A stretch of 64,000 nucleotides of DNA, taken from contig CBDCRW010000006.1 of NCBI GenBank assembly GCA_965221125.1, positions 192,001 to 256,000 on the forward strand, read 5' to 3'. A program made the position numbers and the translations under genes. Each line of letters starts with the position of its first letter. Positions within the stretch are counted from its first letter, which is position 1. Shown one piece after another: positions 18,906 through 28,866 of this stretch. The notes beneath the pieces were generated by a model, which was given only the letters and a program-made list of their open reading frames with translations, searched no databases and was not told where the DNA came from. This DNA is from Alphaproteobacteria bacterium (GTDB lineage Bacteria; Pseudomonadota; Alphaproteobacteria; UBA828).

Positions 18906-21002
18906 ATGGAGGCAGTCATGCTGAGCGCCTACGAACGCTATCTCATAGCCTTTTACCTATCCAATGCCGCCGCGCGGCTTCACCCGCAGGATCGGGAGGC
19001 GTCCGCTCTGGCCGACTGGATTGGCGACCGGGACCACCGTTCCGCCTACGACCGAAGGAATGACTTGTTCTCCCGCCTGAGCCGCGGCGATCTCGACCTT
19101 GAGGAGCCCATTTCCAAGCGCCAACTGCGCAACCTTCGGCAGGCACTCCGTAACGAGAGCGCGGCCCTGAAGGGAACTAAGCTTGACCGGACCGCACAAC
19201 GCCTCCGGCGGCTTGGAAAGGCCACAGGCCTCGAACCGATCGACATCGACATCCTGGAGGTGCTGCTGCGCTATCAGACGCAGCCTGTCATCGAATCCAT
19301 GGTTGACGACATCTTCGGCCGCGCCAGCAGGCGCGTGGCGCCTCTCAATGTGAGGGGCGCGGCAATTCCCTCTCTTTTGGGAGTATCGCCGGGCGCTGTT
19401 TATCGCCGCCTCGCGCACGGGGCGCCGCTGGTGAGTTCGGGACTTGTCGTCATCGACAGCGATGGCGACATGACGCCCGTGGACCGCTTGCGGCGCCTGA
19501 CCACGGTTCCCGACAGGGCGGGGCTCGACGTGAACCGCCTGCTGCTTGACGCCGCGCCCGGAAGCGAGCTTGAGTGGGCAGACTTCGATCACATTGCTGA
19601 GGGACGCGATCATATCGAACGCCTGATCCGTGGAGCGCTCCAAAGCGGAACGGCGGGGGTGAACGTGCTCCTCTACGGTCCGCCCGGGACTGGCAAGACG
19701 GAGTTCTGCAAGGTGCTGGCGGAGCGGCTCGGCGCCACCCTCTACAGCGTCGGCGAAAGCGACGACGACGGCGACGAGCCCAGCCGCCGCGAGCGCTTGC
19801 AGGACCTCCGCCTCGCCCAGCGGCTTCTCAGGCGGAACCGCGGATCGCTGCTCCTGTTCGACGAAATGGAGGACCTGCTGTCGGAATCCGCCGGCGGCGG
19901 GATGTTCCTGCTCGGGCAGCCGCTCTTCGCAGGCACCCGCGGCGGCAGCTCCAAAGTGTATATGAACCGGCTGCTGGAACGCGCGCCCGCGCCGACGCTC
20001 TGGACGATGAACGACGCCCGTCCGGTCAGCCGCGCGCTGCTGCGGCGCATGATGTTCGCGCTGGAACTTCGCCCGCCGACGGCGGCGGTCAGGGCGCGCA
20101 TCTGGGCCCGGCAGCTCGAGCACCACGGGATCGAGGCCGGACCGGACGAGGCCGACGCCCTCGCGCGGGAGTTCGCCGCGACCCCTGGCGTTGCGGCGGG
20201 CGCCACCGCAGCCGCCCGGATCGGCGGCGGAGGGATCGACACCGTGCGGCGCGGGGTGCGTGGCCTCTCCCGGGTGCTCTCCTGCGAAACGCCACCGCAG
20301 GGAACGCCGCCGCGCTTCGACCCCGCGCTGATCCACGCCGATATCGACCTTGGCGCGCTCGCCGATAGCCTCGTCGCTGGCGGAAACCCGCGCTTCTCCC
20401 TCTGCCTTCAGGGACCGCCCGGCACCGGCAAGAGCGCCTTCGTCCGCTACCTCGCCGAGCGCATGGGGCTGGAAATAATGCAGAAGCGCGCCTCCGACCT
20501 GATGTCGATGTGGGTGGGCGAGACGGAGAAGGAGATCGCCGCCGCCTTCGCCGAGGCACGGGACACCGGCGCCTTCCTGATCTTCGACGAGGCGGATTCT
20601 CTGCTCGCCGACCGCCGTGTCGCGCAGCGGAGCTGGGAAGTGAGCCAAGTGAACGAGATGCTCACCTGGATGGAAAGCCATCCGCTTCCCTTCGCCTGCA
20701 CCACCAACTTCGCCGAGCATCTGGACGCGGCGACCCTGAGGCGCTTCGTCTTCAAGGTCGTGCTCGACTACCTCTCTCCGGAGCAGGTGGAGATGGCGTT
20801 CCGGGGGTATTTCGGGATGGCGTCGCCCGCGCAGGCCGCGGCGCTGACCGCCCTGACGCCGGGCGATTTCGCGGTGGTGCGCAGGAAAGCCGAACTCCTC
20901 GACAGGCTGGGGGAGCCGGACGCGCTGGCGGCCATGCTGAGCGCGGAGTGCGCCGCCAAGCCGGACAGGCCCCGGCCCGTCGGCTTCAGGCCTTCGAAAT
21001 AG
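18906..21002 (+). CDS. Tandem double AAA+ ATPase
   Basis: Two GPPGTGK(T/S) Walker A motifs, with Walker B LFDEMED and IFDEADS; TTN sensor; LRRF arginine finger. Confidence 0.92.
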   Translation: MEAVMLSAYERYLIAFYLSNAAARLHPQDREASALADWIGDRDHRSAYDRRNDLFSRLSRGDLDLEEPISKRQLRNLRQALRNESAALKGTKLDRTAQRLRRLGKATGLEPIDIDILEVLLRYQTQPVIESMVDDIFGRASRRVAPLNVRGAAIPSLLGVSPGAVYRRLAHGAPLVSSGLVVIDSDGDMTPVDRLRRLTTVPDRAGLDVNRLLLDAAPGSELEWADFDHIAEGRDHIERLIRGALQSGTAGVNVLLYGPPGTGKTEFCKVLAERLGATLYSVGESDDDGDEPSRRERLQDLRLAQRLLRRNRGSLLLFDEMEDLLSESAGGGMFLLGQPLFAGTRGGSSKVYMNRLLERAPAPTLWTMNDARPVSRALLRRMMFALELRPPTAAVRARIWARQLEHHGIEAGPDEADALAREFAATPGVAAGATAAARIGGGGIDTVRRGVRGLSRVLSCETPPQGTPPRFDPALIHADIDLGALADSLVAGGNPRFSLCLQGPPGTGKSAFVRYLAERMGLEIMQKRASDLMSMWVGETEKEIAAAFAEARDTGAFLIFDEADSLLADRRVAQRSWEVSQVNEMLTWMESHPLPFACTTNFAEHLDAATLRRFVFKVVLDYLSPEQVEMAFRGYFGMASPAQAAALTALTPGDFAVVRRKAELLDRLGEPDALAAMLSAECAAKPDRPRPVGFRPSK

Positions 21003-21088
21003 CGGTGCAACCCGCCCCGTCTACCGCGTCTTCCTGCCGCCCGCTAGGTTGGAAGGCGCGGAACCGCGGGGCCGGAAGGAGAAGCCTG

Positions 21089-22078
21089 GTGCGCTACGAA
21101 CGTCTGAAGGACATCGTCACGCTGGCGATCCGCATGCAGGGCCTGCGCGCCGGCATGACCCTCGACGACATCCGGGCGGAATTCGGTGTCAGCCGGCGCA
21201 CTGCCGAGCGTATGCGCGACGGGGTCGAGTGGGCGTTCGGTCCGCTGGAGCTGATCGAGAGCGGCGACAACAGGCGCCACTGGCGGCTCGGCTCCGACGC
21301 ACTGCGCCGCCTCGCCAGGATATCGGCCACCGAGCTGGCGGACCTCGCGGCCGCGGCAGACACCCTGGACGCCACCGGGTTCGGAGAGCGCGCTTCGGCG
21401 CTGCGGGAGCTGGACACCAGGCTGCGGGCCACGCTGCATAGCGACTCGCGGGCCCGCATCGAGACCGACATCGAGTTGCTGGCCCAAGCCGAGGGGCTCG
21501 CCATGCGTCCCGGTCCCAGGCCGCAACTCGACAGGGACCTGCTCGACAGTCTCCGCGAGGCCATCGCGACCTGCCGCATCGTCGAGCTCCGCTATCTGTC
21601 CCAGTCCACGGGCCGGCGCAGCGGCCAGCGGATCGAGCCCTATGGCCTCCTCTACGGCAACCGCGCCTTCCTGGTCGGCCGGACGGACTGGACCGGCGAC
21701 ATGCGGCTGTGGCGGCTCGCGAACATGAGCGAGCCGCGTGTGACCGGCGAGACCTTCATGCGCGACCCGGAATTCGATCTGGAAGCCTTCGCGAAGCGCT
21801 CCTTCGGCACCTTCCAGGAGGAGCCGGTGGATGTGGTGCTACGTTTCTCCGCCCAGGCGAGGCGAGACGCGTCCACGTTCCTCTTCCATCCTGGTCAATC
21901 CATCGAGGAGAACGCCGACGGCACGCTCACCGTCCGCTTCACCGCCGGCGGCATCGACGAGATGTGCTGGCACCTCATCACCTGGGGCGAGAGCGTCACG
22001 GTGGTAGAACCCGACCGCCTCCGCCAACGCCTCGCCGAGATGTGCGCCGCGCTGGCCGCGCATCATGAACCCCAATAG
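21089..22078 (+). CDS. HTH-WYL-WCX transcriptional regulator, DriD-like
   Basis: GTG start after GGAGAAG. MRYERL...GMTLDDI...GVSRRTAERMRD (wHTH), PYGLLYGNRAFLVG...WRLANM (WYL), WHLITWGESV (WCX). Closely recalls Caulobacter DriD. Confidence 0.9.
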   Translation: MRYERLKDIVTLAIRMQGLRAGMTLDDIRAEFGVSRRTAERMRDGVEWAFGPLELIESGDNRRHWRLGSDALRRLARISATELADLAAAADTLDATGFGERASALRELDTRLRATLHSDSRARIETDIELLAQAEGLAMRPGPRPQLDRDLLDSLREAIATCRIVELRYLSQSTGRRSGQRIEPYGLLYGNRAFLVGRTDWTGDMRLWRLANMSEPRVTGETFMRDPEFDLEAFAKRSFGTFQEEPVDVVLRFSAQARRDASTFLFHPGQSIEENADGTLTVRFTAGGIDEMCWHLITWGESVTVVEPDRLRQRLAEMCAALAAHHEPQ

Positions 22079-22093
22079 CAAGGAGGGCTCACC

Positions 22094-22636
22094 ATAGCCT
22101 GGCAAGGATCCCTGGACGGCCTTTGCGGGCCCTACGCGATCGTCAACGCCTATCATCTGTGCGGTATCGACGAGGACTGGCTGGGCAAGGACATCTTCAA
22201 GATCACGTGTTCGGCGATCAACGACTGGCCAAAGGCACTGTGGAAAGGAACCACGTTCGAGCAGATGAGAACGATGCTCAAGGTCTTCCAGAAAGCGCTG
22301 AAGAAGGCTTACAGGGAAGCGGACTGTGAGTATCCGATCGAAATCGAGTATCCCTTCCGCGGGAACCCGCCGCGCACCGGCAAGAAATTCCGGAAGCGGC
22401 TTCACGAGATATTTTCCCGCGACGAGGTGATCTGCGGAATCGTCGGGATGGAAAAGCCTGCCGCTCACTGGTTCTCCTTCGTCAAGCACAAGGAGGCGCT
22501 GATCGTCTTCGACTCGGCTCCTCCCGGCGACGGTGAAATGCGCCGCATCGGGTTGGACGATCTCCATGTTCGGCGAGGTAGGAAGAAAGAACTGGTTCTT
22601 AACCCCAGAGAGCTGATCGTATTCCGGGAGAAATGA
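22094..22636 (+). CDS. Papain-like (Josephin/C39-like) cysteine peptidase with a probable ATA start
   Basis: The frame is open upstream of the track's start at 22265: IAWQGSLDGLCGPYAIVNA...AHWFSF...VFDS (Gln/Cys/His/Asp). AGGAGG at 22081-22086 lies 7 nt before ATA at 22094. Confidence 0.65.
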   Translation: MAWQGSLDGLCGPYAIVNAYHLCGIDEDWLGKDIFKITCSAINDWPKALWKGTTFEQMRTMLKVFQKALKKAYREADCEYPIEIEYPFRGNPPRTGKKFRKRLHEIFSRDEVICGIVGMEKPAAHWFSFVKHKEALIVFDSAPPGDGEMRRIGLDDLHVRRGRKKELVLNPRELIVFREK

Positions 22637-22724
22637 TCATGCCGGCGCTGGCTTGTGCATCGATCGATCGTCTGGCAACTGGAGGCGCCATCGCCGTGAT
22701 GCTGCCGGCACCGGGACGTGTGAC

Positions 22725-25394
22725 GTGAACATCGGGGAATCGCCGCGCCGAACGGTCGTCGCCCACAGCCGGCTCAGGATGCGGGAGCTGCGGCTGGAGG
22801 CGGCTCGGAACCGGTGGCACGGGCTTCAAGTCATGACCTTCGAGCAAGTCGCGGCGCGGCTCGCGGGGGGATTGACACAGCCCGTTGATGACGATGCCCT
22901 TCGGGAAGCAATCGTCGCCGTGCTGCCCGAAACGGATCTGGGGCAGCTCGAGGGGATCAAGGCGCTGCCGGGCATGGTGGGCGCCGCCACCGACACGCTG
23001 CGCAAGGCGTGGCGGGCCGGCCTCGACCTTCAGGCCCGGGCCGGCGAGCATCCGCGCCTCCGCTCCATCGCAAGCCTCGAGAATGCGGTCGTGGCGGCGC
23101 TGCCGCCGTCGATGATGCGTCCCGCCGACCTTGTCGCCGCGGGACTCGCGCGGCTGGATCACGCGGTGGCGCTGTTCGGGCCCATCGAGATCGTCGGCAT
23201 CACCGAGCTGTCGCCGGTCTGGCGGCCCCTTCTCCACGCCATCGCCCGCCGCGTGCCGGTGCGCTGGAACGCGGGCCCCCGCCCGGTGCCCGACTGGCTC
23301 GATGACGAGGTAGTCGAGATCGTGCGCGACGAGTTGAAATCACCGGACATTTCCGCCGTGAGCGCCGCCACGGCCTACCACGAGGCGGTCGAGGCCATGC
23401 GCTGGGCGCGCGACCTGCTCGCGTCAGGCAGGGCGGAGCCCGCCGACATCGCCATCGCTTCGGCCACGCCCGCCGAGTATGACGACCACCTGCTCGCCCT
23501 CCGCCCCGACGCCAATCTCGACTTGCATTTCGTGCACGGCGTCACGGTGACGGCCTGCCGGGAGGGGCAGGCGGCGGCGGCGCTCGCCGACATCCTGCTG
23601 CGCGGCCTCTCCCAGACGCGGATACGACGGCTGAACACGCTGCTGAGGGCACATGCCGGTCCGTTTGCGGACCTGCCGGAGGGCTGGACGCGCATCCTGC
23701 CGGCCGGCGCGCCGCTCTCGTCTCCCGATGCCTGGGCGCGCCTGATCGACGGGTTGAGCGCCACCGACTGGCCGGACGGAGCCGATAGCGGCCCGGCGCT
23801 CGCCGCCATCGTCGGCCTGCTATCCCGTGGCGTCGAGGCCGCCGATGACGCGGGCGAGACGCTGTTGCGCGGGCATGCGCGCGATATCTGGCGCAGGGCG
23901 CTCGCGGAGGGGCCTGCCGCATCGCTCGACCTCACCCTGGAGACTCTCAGGCAGGACGACGGCATCGATCCCTGCGTCTCGGTTTGCTGGATGCCGGCGA
24001 ACGCGCTCGCCGCATCGCCCCGTCGCTTCGTCCGGTTGCTCGGCCTCAACTCCGCACGCTGGCCGCGCGCCATGGTGGAGGACCGCCTCCTCTCCGATCA
24101 TATCGTCCCCACCGCAGAGCTCGATCCGCTGCCCGTCGCCGCCGCCGACCGCCGCGACTTCGCAACCGTCCTGACAACCACGGAGAGCGAGATCGTGCTG
24201 TCCCGCGCCCGGCGCGGCGAGGACGGCCGGCTGCTCGGGCGCAGCACCCTTCTTCTCCAGGTCGAGGCCGCCGAGACCTATGTGCCGCGCAACCGCGTGC
24301 CCGCGCACGCCTTCAGCGAGACCGACCGGCTGACGGCGCGGCCGGACGAGTTCCGTCGCCTGCCCCAGGCGGTGGCCGCGTCTGACTGCTGGGTCGACTG
24401 GCTGCGCGCGGAGATCACGCCGCATGACGGCGCAGTTCGGCCCGACCACCCGGTGATCAGGGCCATCCTCGAGCGCACCCAGTCGGCGAGCTCGCTGCGC
24501 ATGCTCCTGCGCAACCCGCTCGGGTTCGTCTGGCGCTACGGGCTCCGCTGGCGCGCGCCCGAGAGCGGAGAGGATCCACTTGTCCTCGATCCCCTCGCCA
24601 TGGGCGAGCTCGTTCACCAGACCCTCGACCGGGCGCTTCGCACGCTGGATGAGGACGGCGGTCTCGCAGGCGCCTCGGAGAAGCGGATCGGCACGGCCAT
24701 GGACACCGCCGCCACCGAGATCGCGGCATCCTGGGAAGCCGCTCAGGCCGTGCCCCCGCCCGTCATCTGGCGCCGCACGCTCGACGGGGTGCGCGAGCTG
24801 GGCGGCAGGGCACTCGGCTTCTGCGACGCGGAGCTCGTGGACGCGCGCGTCTATGGCGAGGTCCCGTTCGGCGGGTCGGAACCCAAGTTCGACGGTGCGG
24901 TACCGTGGGATGCCGGGGCCGCCGTCGAGATTGCCGGTACCGGGTTCGGCATTGCGGGGTACATCGACCGCCTGGACATCTCCGCCGACGGCGGACGCGC
25001 GCTGGTGCGCGACTACAAGACGGGGCGGGTTCCCAGGGACGACATCGTTCTCGACGGCGGAAAGGAACTGCAGCGCTGCCTCTACGCTTTCGCGGTGCGG
25101 GCTCTGCTGGGCGACGAGGTGTCCATCGCGGCATCGCTCCTCTATCCGCACGAAGAGTTGGACTTGCGGCTCGACGATCCGGACACCGTGCTCGGCACGC
25201 TCACCGGTCACCTGCGGGCGGCGCGCGCCAGCCTCGCCTCCGGGGGTGCGGTCATGGGCGCGGACACGGGCGAGAAGCATGACGACCTCGCATTCGCCCT
25301 TCCGGCCAACGCCGGCGCCGTCTACCGCGTCCGGAAGGAGGCGGCCGCGAACGCACTCCTCGGCGATGCGACCCATGTGTGGGACGCGCCGTGA
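22725..25394 (+). CDS. AddB-like inactive helicase plus PD-(D/E)XK nuclease
   Basis: QSASSL...NPLGFVWRY, GELVHQTL, GYIDRLD...VRDYKTG...LQRCLYA. Overlaps the AddA-like gene. GTG start is inferred. Confidence 0.85.
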   Translation: MNIGESPRRTVVAHSRLRMRELRLEAARNRWHGLQVMTFEQVAARLAGGLTQPVDDDALREAIVAVLPETDLGQLEGIKALPGMVGAATDTLRKAWRAGLDLQARAGEHPRLRSIASLENAVVAALPPSMMRPADLVAAGLARLDHAVALFGPIEIVGITELSPVWRPLLHAIARRVPVRWNAGPRPVPDWLDDEVVEIVRDELKSPDISAVSAATAYHEAVEAMRWARDLLASGRAEPADIAIASATPAEYDDHLLALRPDANLDLHFVHGVTVTACREGQAAAALADILLRGLSQTRIRRLNTLLRAHAGPFADLPEGWTRILPAGAPLSSPDAWARLIDGLSATDWPDGADSGPALAAIVGLLSRGVEAADDAGETLLRGHARDIWRRALAEGPAASLDLTLETLRQDDGIDPCVSVCWMPANALAASPRRFVRLLGLNSARWPRAMVEDRLLSDHIVPTAELDPLPVAAADRRDFATVLTTTESEIVLSRARRGEDGRLLGRSTLLLQVEAAETYVPRNRVPAHAFSETDRLTARPDEFRRLPQAVAASDCWVDWLRAEITPHDGAVRPDHPVIRAILERTQSASSLRMLLRNPLGFVWRYGLRWRAPESGEDPLVLDPLAMGELVHQTLDRALRTLDEDGGLAGASEKRIGTAMDTAATEIAASWEAAQAVPPPVIWRRTLDGVRELGGRALGFCDAELVDARVYGEVPFGGSEPKFDGAVPWDAGAAVEIAGTGFGIAGYIDRLDISADGGRALVRDYKTGRVPRDDIVLDGGKELQRCLYAFAVRALLGDEVSIAASLLYPHEELDLRLDDPDTVLGTLTGHLRAARASLASGGAVMGADTGEKHDDLAFALPANAGAVYRVRKEAAANALLGDATHVWDAP

Positions 25395-28300
25395 TGGCGA
25401 ACGGGCGACTTGCACTCTCCGACGATGCCGCGCGGCGCGAGGCTGTCACGGTCCGCGACCGCTCTCTCCTTGTCGAGGCCGGCGCGGGATCGGGCAAGAC
25501 AGCGGTTCTGGCGGGCCGGATCGCGATGCTGCTGGCCGCTGGCGTCGCCCCCAAGTCCATTGCCGCCGTGACGTTCACCGAGTTCGCCGCGAGCGAGCTG
25601 CTCATTCGGGTGCGCGCCTTCGTGAGCGCGCTTGCGGCCGGCGACATTCCGGTCGAGCTTCGCTCCGCCCTGCCGGACGGTCTGTCGGAAGAGCAGCGCC
25701 GCAACCTCGCCCAGGCGGACGCGGCGCTCGACGAGATGACCTGCTCGACCATCCACGGCTTCTGCCAGCGGCTCATCACGCCCTATCCGGTCGAGGCCGA
25801 CATCGACCCCGGCGCCTCCGTGATGGACCGCGACCAGGCGGAGCTCGCCTTCGCCGAGATCGTCGACAATTGGCTGCGGGAAGAACTCGCCAGTGAGGAA
25901 GGCGGCCTACTGGCTGAGCTGGTTCTGCACGATCCCGACGCGACCATCGCGCTGATCCGCACCGTCCTCGAGCATCTCCGCCGGCATCGGGAGTTCGCCC
26001 CCTACGAGCTCCAGGACCTCGATCGGCTGGCTGCCGGGTTCCGGGATGCGGCGGACGGTTTCGCCACGTTCCTGGACGAGGCGGAGGCAGAGGAACCTGA
26101 AACCGTCGCCATCGCCGGCCACTTCCAGGAACTGGCCGGGGAGGTTGCCGCCGCGCTCCCGGTCGATACGCCCGCCGCGCTCGTCGCGCTGTTGGTGATG
26201 GCGCCCCACCCCGATCTATGCACCGGATCGGGCGCTTTCCGAGCCTATCAGAAAAAGGGGAAGTGGGTAGCCGCCGCAAGGCCCGCGGGTCTGGCCAAGG
26301 CCGATGCGGAGAGGCTGAACGACGCGGCCAGCGCTCATTACGCCCTTTGCCGCTCGACTTGGTCGGTTTTGCAGCAGGCCGTTGCCACCCATGTGCTCGC
26401 CGGTCTCGTGCCGCTGGTCGAGCCCGTCATGGACCTATTCCGCGAGCACAAGCGCGCCGCCGCGCTGCTCGATTTCGACGACCTGATATTCTCGGCGCGC
26501 GATCTGCTGCGCGACCATGACGACGTGCGCCGCGCGCTCTCCGCGCGATTCCGCCACGTCTTGGTCGATGAGTTCCAGGACACCGACCCGCTTCAGACGG
26601 AGATATTCTGGCGCCTCTGCGGAGATCCGCCGGGAGACGGCGATTCTGACGACTGGACGGCGTTCGCGCTTCGGCCGGGCGCGCTGTTCCTGGTCGGCGA
26701 CCCCAAGCAGGCGATATACCGCTTCCGCGGCGCCGACATCGCGGCCTATGTCCGGGCGCGCGAGGCGTTCCGCGCCGGGGCCGCGGACGCCGTGCTCTCG
26801 ATCGCCACCAACTTCCGCTCCCGCGCGCCGATCATGGAATACGTGAACGCGCGTTTCGAGACTGCGCTGTCCGAGGAGAAGGGCCAGCCCGGATTCCAGG
26901 CCCTCGACCCTTTCCGGCCGCCGCGGGACGGGGGACCCTCGGTCGCCGCCCTGGATGTTGCGGTGGCCGACGAGGACGGCAAGGCCAACGCGCAGCAACA
27001 GCGCGACGGAGAGGCCGAGGCCGTCGCCGAGTTGTGCGTGCGCCTGATTGGCAGCGAGCCGGTCCCCGACCCCGCGAACGGCGGGCTACGCCCGTGCCGG
27101 GCCGGAGACATCGCCCTGCTGGCGCCGACCGGGAACGACCTCTGGCGCTACGAGGAAGCGCTGGAAGAGCGCGGCATCCCCGTCGCCACCCAGGCGGGCA
27201 AGGGCCTGTACAGGCGCCAGGAGATCCAGGACCTCATCGCGGTCACCCGGGTCCTGGCCGACCGGCGCGATACGCTCGCGCTCGGCGCGCTGCTTCGCGG
27301 GCCGCTGGTGGGGCTGACCGAGGAGGAGCTCCTCGACATCGTCTGGTCGCTGCCGCGCGAGGACGACGCGCCCAACGATCTGCCGCGGCTCGATCTGGGT
27401 GTCGCGCCGGATGCGATCGCGAACCCTCTCGCGCGGGATATCGTCGGGAAGCTTCAGGTGCTGCAACGCGGTGCGAATGCGACCACGCCGCATGGGCTTC
27501 TCTCCCAGGCCGTCGACGTGCTCCGGGTCCGCCCCATCCTGCTCCGGCGCCATCGCGGCCAGGCAGAGCGCGCGTTGGCCAATGTCGATCTCTATCTCGG
27601 CTTCAGCCGGGCCTATGCGGTGCGGGGGCTGCGCGCATTCGCCGAGACGATGACGGCCGCGTGGAGCGACGAGGCCCGCGCCGTGGAAGGCCGGCCGGAT
27701 GCCCAGGAGGAGGCGGTGGCGCTCTACACCATGCACGCGGCCAAGGGGCTGGAGTGGCCCATCGTCGTGCCGATCAACACCATGACGCGGGTGATGGCGG
27801 CGGAGAGCGCCGTCACCGATCGCGCGACCGGGCGTTTCCATTGCCGCGTCTTCGGCGTCGAGCCCACCGGATACGAGGCGGCCCGCAAAGACGAAAGGGC
27901 CGAGCTCGACCGCGAGCGCGTTCGCCTCTGGTATGTTGCCAACACGCGGGCACGGGAACTCCTGGTTCTGCCCCGGCTCGATGTCGATGCCGCCCGCACG
28001 GCTTGGCTCTCCGTCGTCGATCTGGATTTGCCAAGGCTGCCGGCGCTCGATCTCGACCGTCTGCCGGCGGAAGTGGGTACAGGCGAGCCGGTGACGGAGA
28101 ACGAGCAGACGCGCGAGGTATTCGCCGCCGAGGCGGCAGCGATCGCGGAGCGTACGCGCATCATCGTCTGGCGGACGCCCAGCCGGGACGAGGGCGCGGC
28201 CCATCCGGTGCCGATGGAGGAAACGCCCACGATCCTCGTCACGGACGGCGACGGCGCCCCAGCCGATGGCGCTGGCGCAACCCCAATCCAGGGCGGGCGC

Positions 28301-28798
28301 GAGCGCGGCCTCATCCTGCACAAGCTGATCGAAGAGGTGCTCACGGGGGAGACCGTGGAGAACCTGCCGGATCTACGCGCCCGCGCCGAGGATCTGATCC
28401 GCGCCCTCGGCCAGCCCGTGATGGACGATCCGGCACAGGGGCTCGCGCCAGCTGAGCTCGCCGAAGGTGTGGTTCGTGCGCTCTCCCTTCCCGAAGTAGC
28501 CTCCCTCAGGCCGAGACTGGTGCCGGAGTTCGCGGCCTATGCGTCAGCCGATATGGGTGCGCATGAAGAGGCGACGGCCGGCATCGTCGACGCCATCGCT
28601 TTCGACGCGGACGGCACGCCGGAAGTAGTGATCGACTGGAAGAGCGACGTCGACCCCGCGCCCGAGACCGTCGCGCCTTACCGCGCCCAGGTTCACGCCT
28701 ACGTCGAGATGACGGGCGCGGAGCGCGGCTTGGTTGTCTTCATGACGTCGGGAGTCGTCGACCTGATCATGCGAAAAGACGGAGGCTCTGGGCATTGA
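25394..28798 (+). CDS. AddA/RecB-like UvrD helicase-nuclease
   Basis: AGAGSGKT, LVDEFQDT, VGDPKQAIYRFRGAD, TMHAAKGLEWP, WYVANTRAR. C-terminal nuclease GIVDAI...IDWKSD...QVHAY. Confidence 0.92.
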   Translation: MANGRLALSDDAARREAVTVRDRSLLVEAGAGSGKTAVLAGRIAMLLAAGVAPKSIAAVTFTEFAASELLIRVRAFVSALAAGDIPVELRSALPDGLSEEQRRNLAQADAALDEMTCSTIHGFCQRLITPYPVEADIDPGASVMDRDQAELAFAEIVDNWLREELASEEGGLLAELVLHDPDATIALIRTVLEHLRRHREFAPYELQDLDRLAAGFRDAADGFATFLDEAEAEEPETVAIAGHFQELAGEVAAALPVDTPAALVALLVMAPHPDLCTGSGAFRAYQKKGKWVAAARPAGLAKADAERLNDAASAHYALCRSTWSVLQQAVATHVLAGLVPLVEPVMDLFREHKRAAALLDFDDLIFSARDLLRDHDDVRRALSARFRHVLVDEFQDTDPLQTEIFWRLCGDPPGDGDSDDWTAFALRPGALFLVGDPKQAIYRFRGADIAAYVRAREAFRAGAADAVLSIATNFRSRAPIMEYVNARFETALSEEKGQPGFQALDPFRPPRDGGPSVAALDVAVADEDGKANAQQQRDGEAEAVAELCVRLIGSEPVPDPANGGLRPCRAGDIALLAPTGNDLWRYEEALEERGIPVATQAGKGLYRRQEIQDLIAVTRVLADRRDTLALGALLRGPLVGLTEEELLDIVWSLPREDDAPNDLPRLDLGVAPDAIANPLARDIVGKLQVLQRGANATTPHGLLSQAVDVLRVRPILLRRHRGQAERALANVDLYLGFSRAYAVRGLRAFAETMTAAWSDEARAVEGRPDAQEEAVALYTMHAAKGLEWPIVVPINTMTRVMAAESAVTDRATGRFHCRVFGVEPTGYEAARKDERAELDRERVRLWYVANTRARELLVLPRLDVDAARTAWLSVVDLDLPRLPALDLDRLPAEVGTGEPVTENEQTREVFAAEAAAIAERTRIIVWRTPSRDEGAAHPVPMEETPTILVTDGDGAPADGAGATPIQGGRERGLILHKLIEEVLTGETVENLPDLRARAEDLIRALGQPVMDDPAQGLAPAELAEGVVRALSLPEVASLRPRLVPEFAAYASADMGAHEEATAGIVDAIAFDADGTPEVVIDWKSDVDPAPETVAPYRAQVHAYVEMTGAERGLVVFMTSGVVDLIMRKDGGSGH

Positions 28799-28866
28799 GC
28801 CCGAACGCCCCAAAGCAGCGTCCAGATTCCAGTCAGAGTCTCAAGCTCGGTCAGAACGAGCGAACT

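Noticed and set aside
20510-21088. N-terminal extension of the 522-aa WYL ORF
   Set aside because: It overlaps the AAA gene in another frame. The real start is GTG 21089, which has an RBS and a DriD-like N-terminus.
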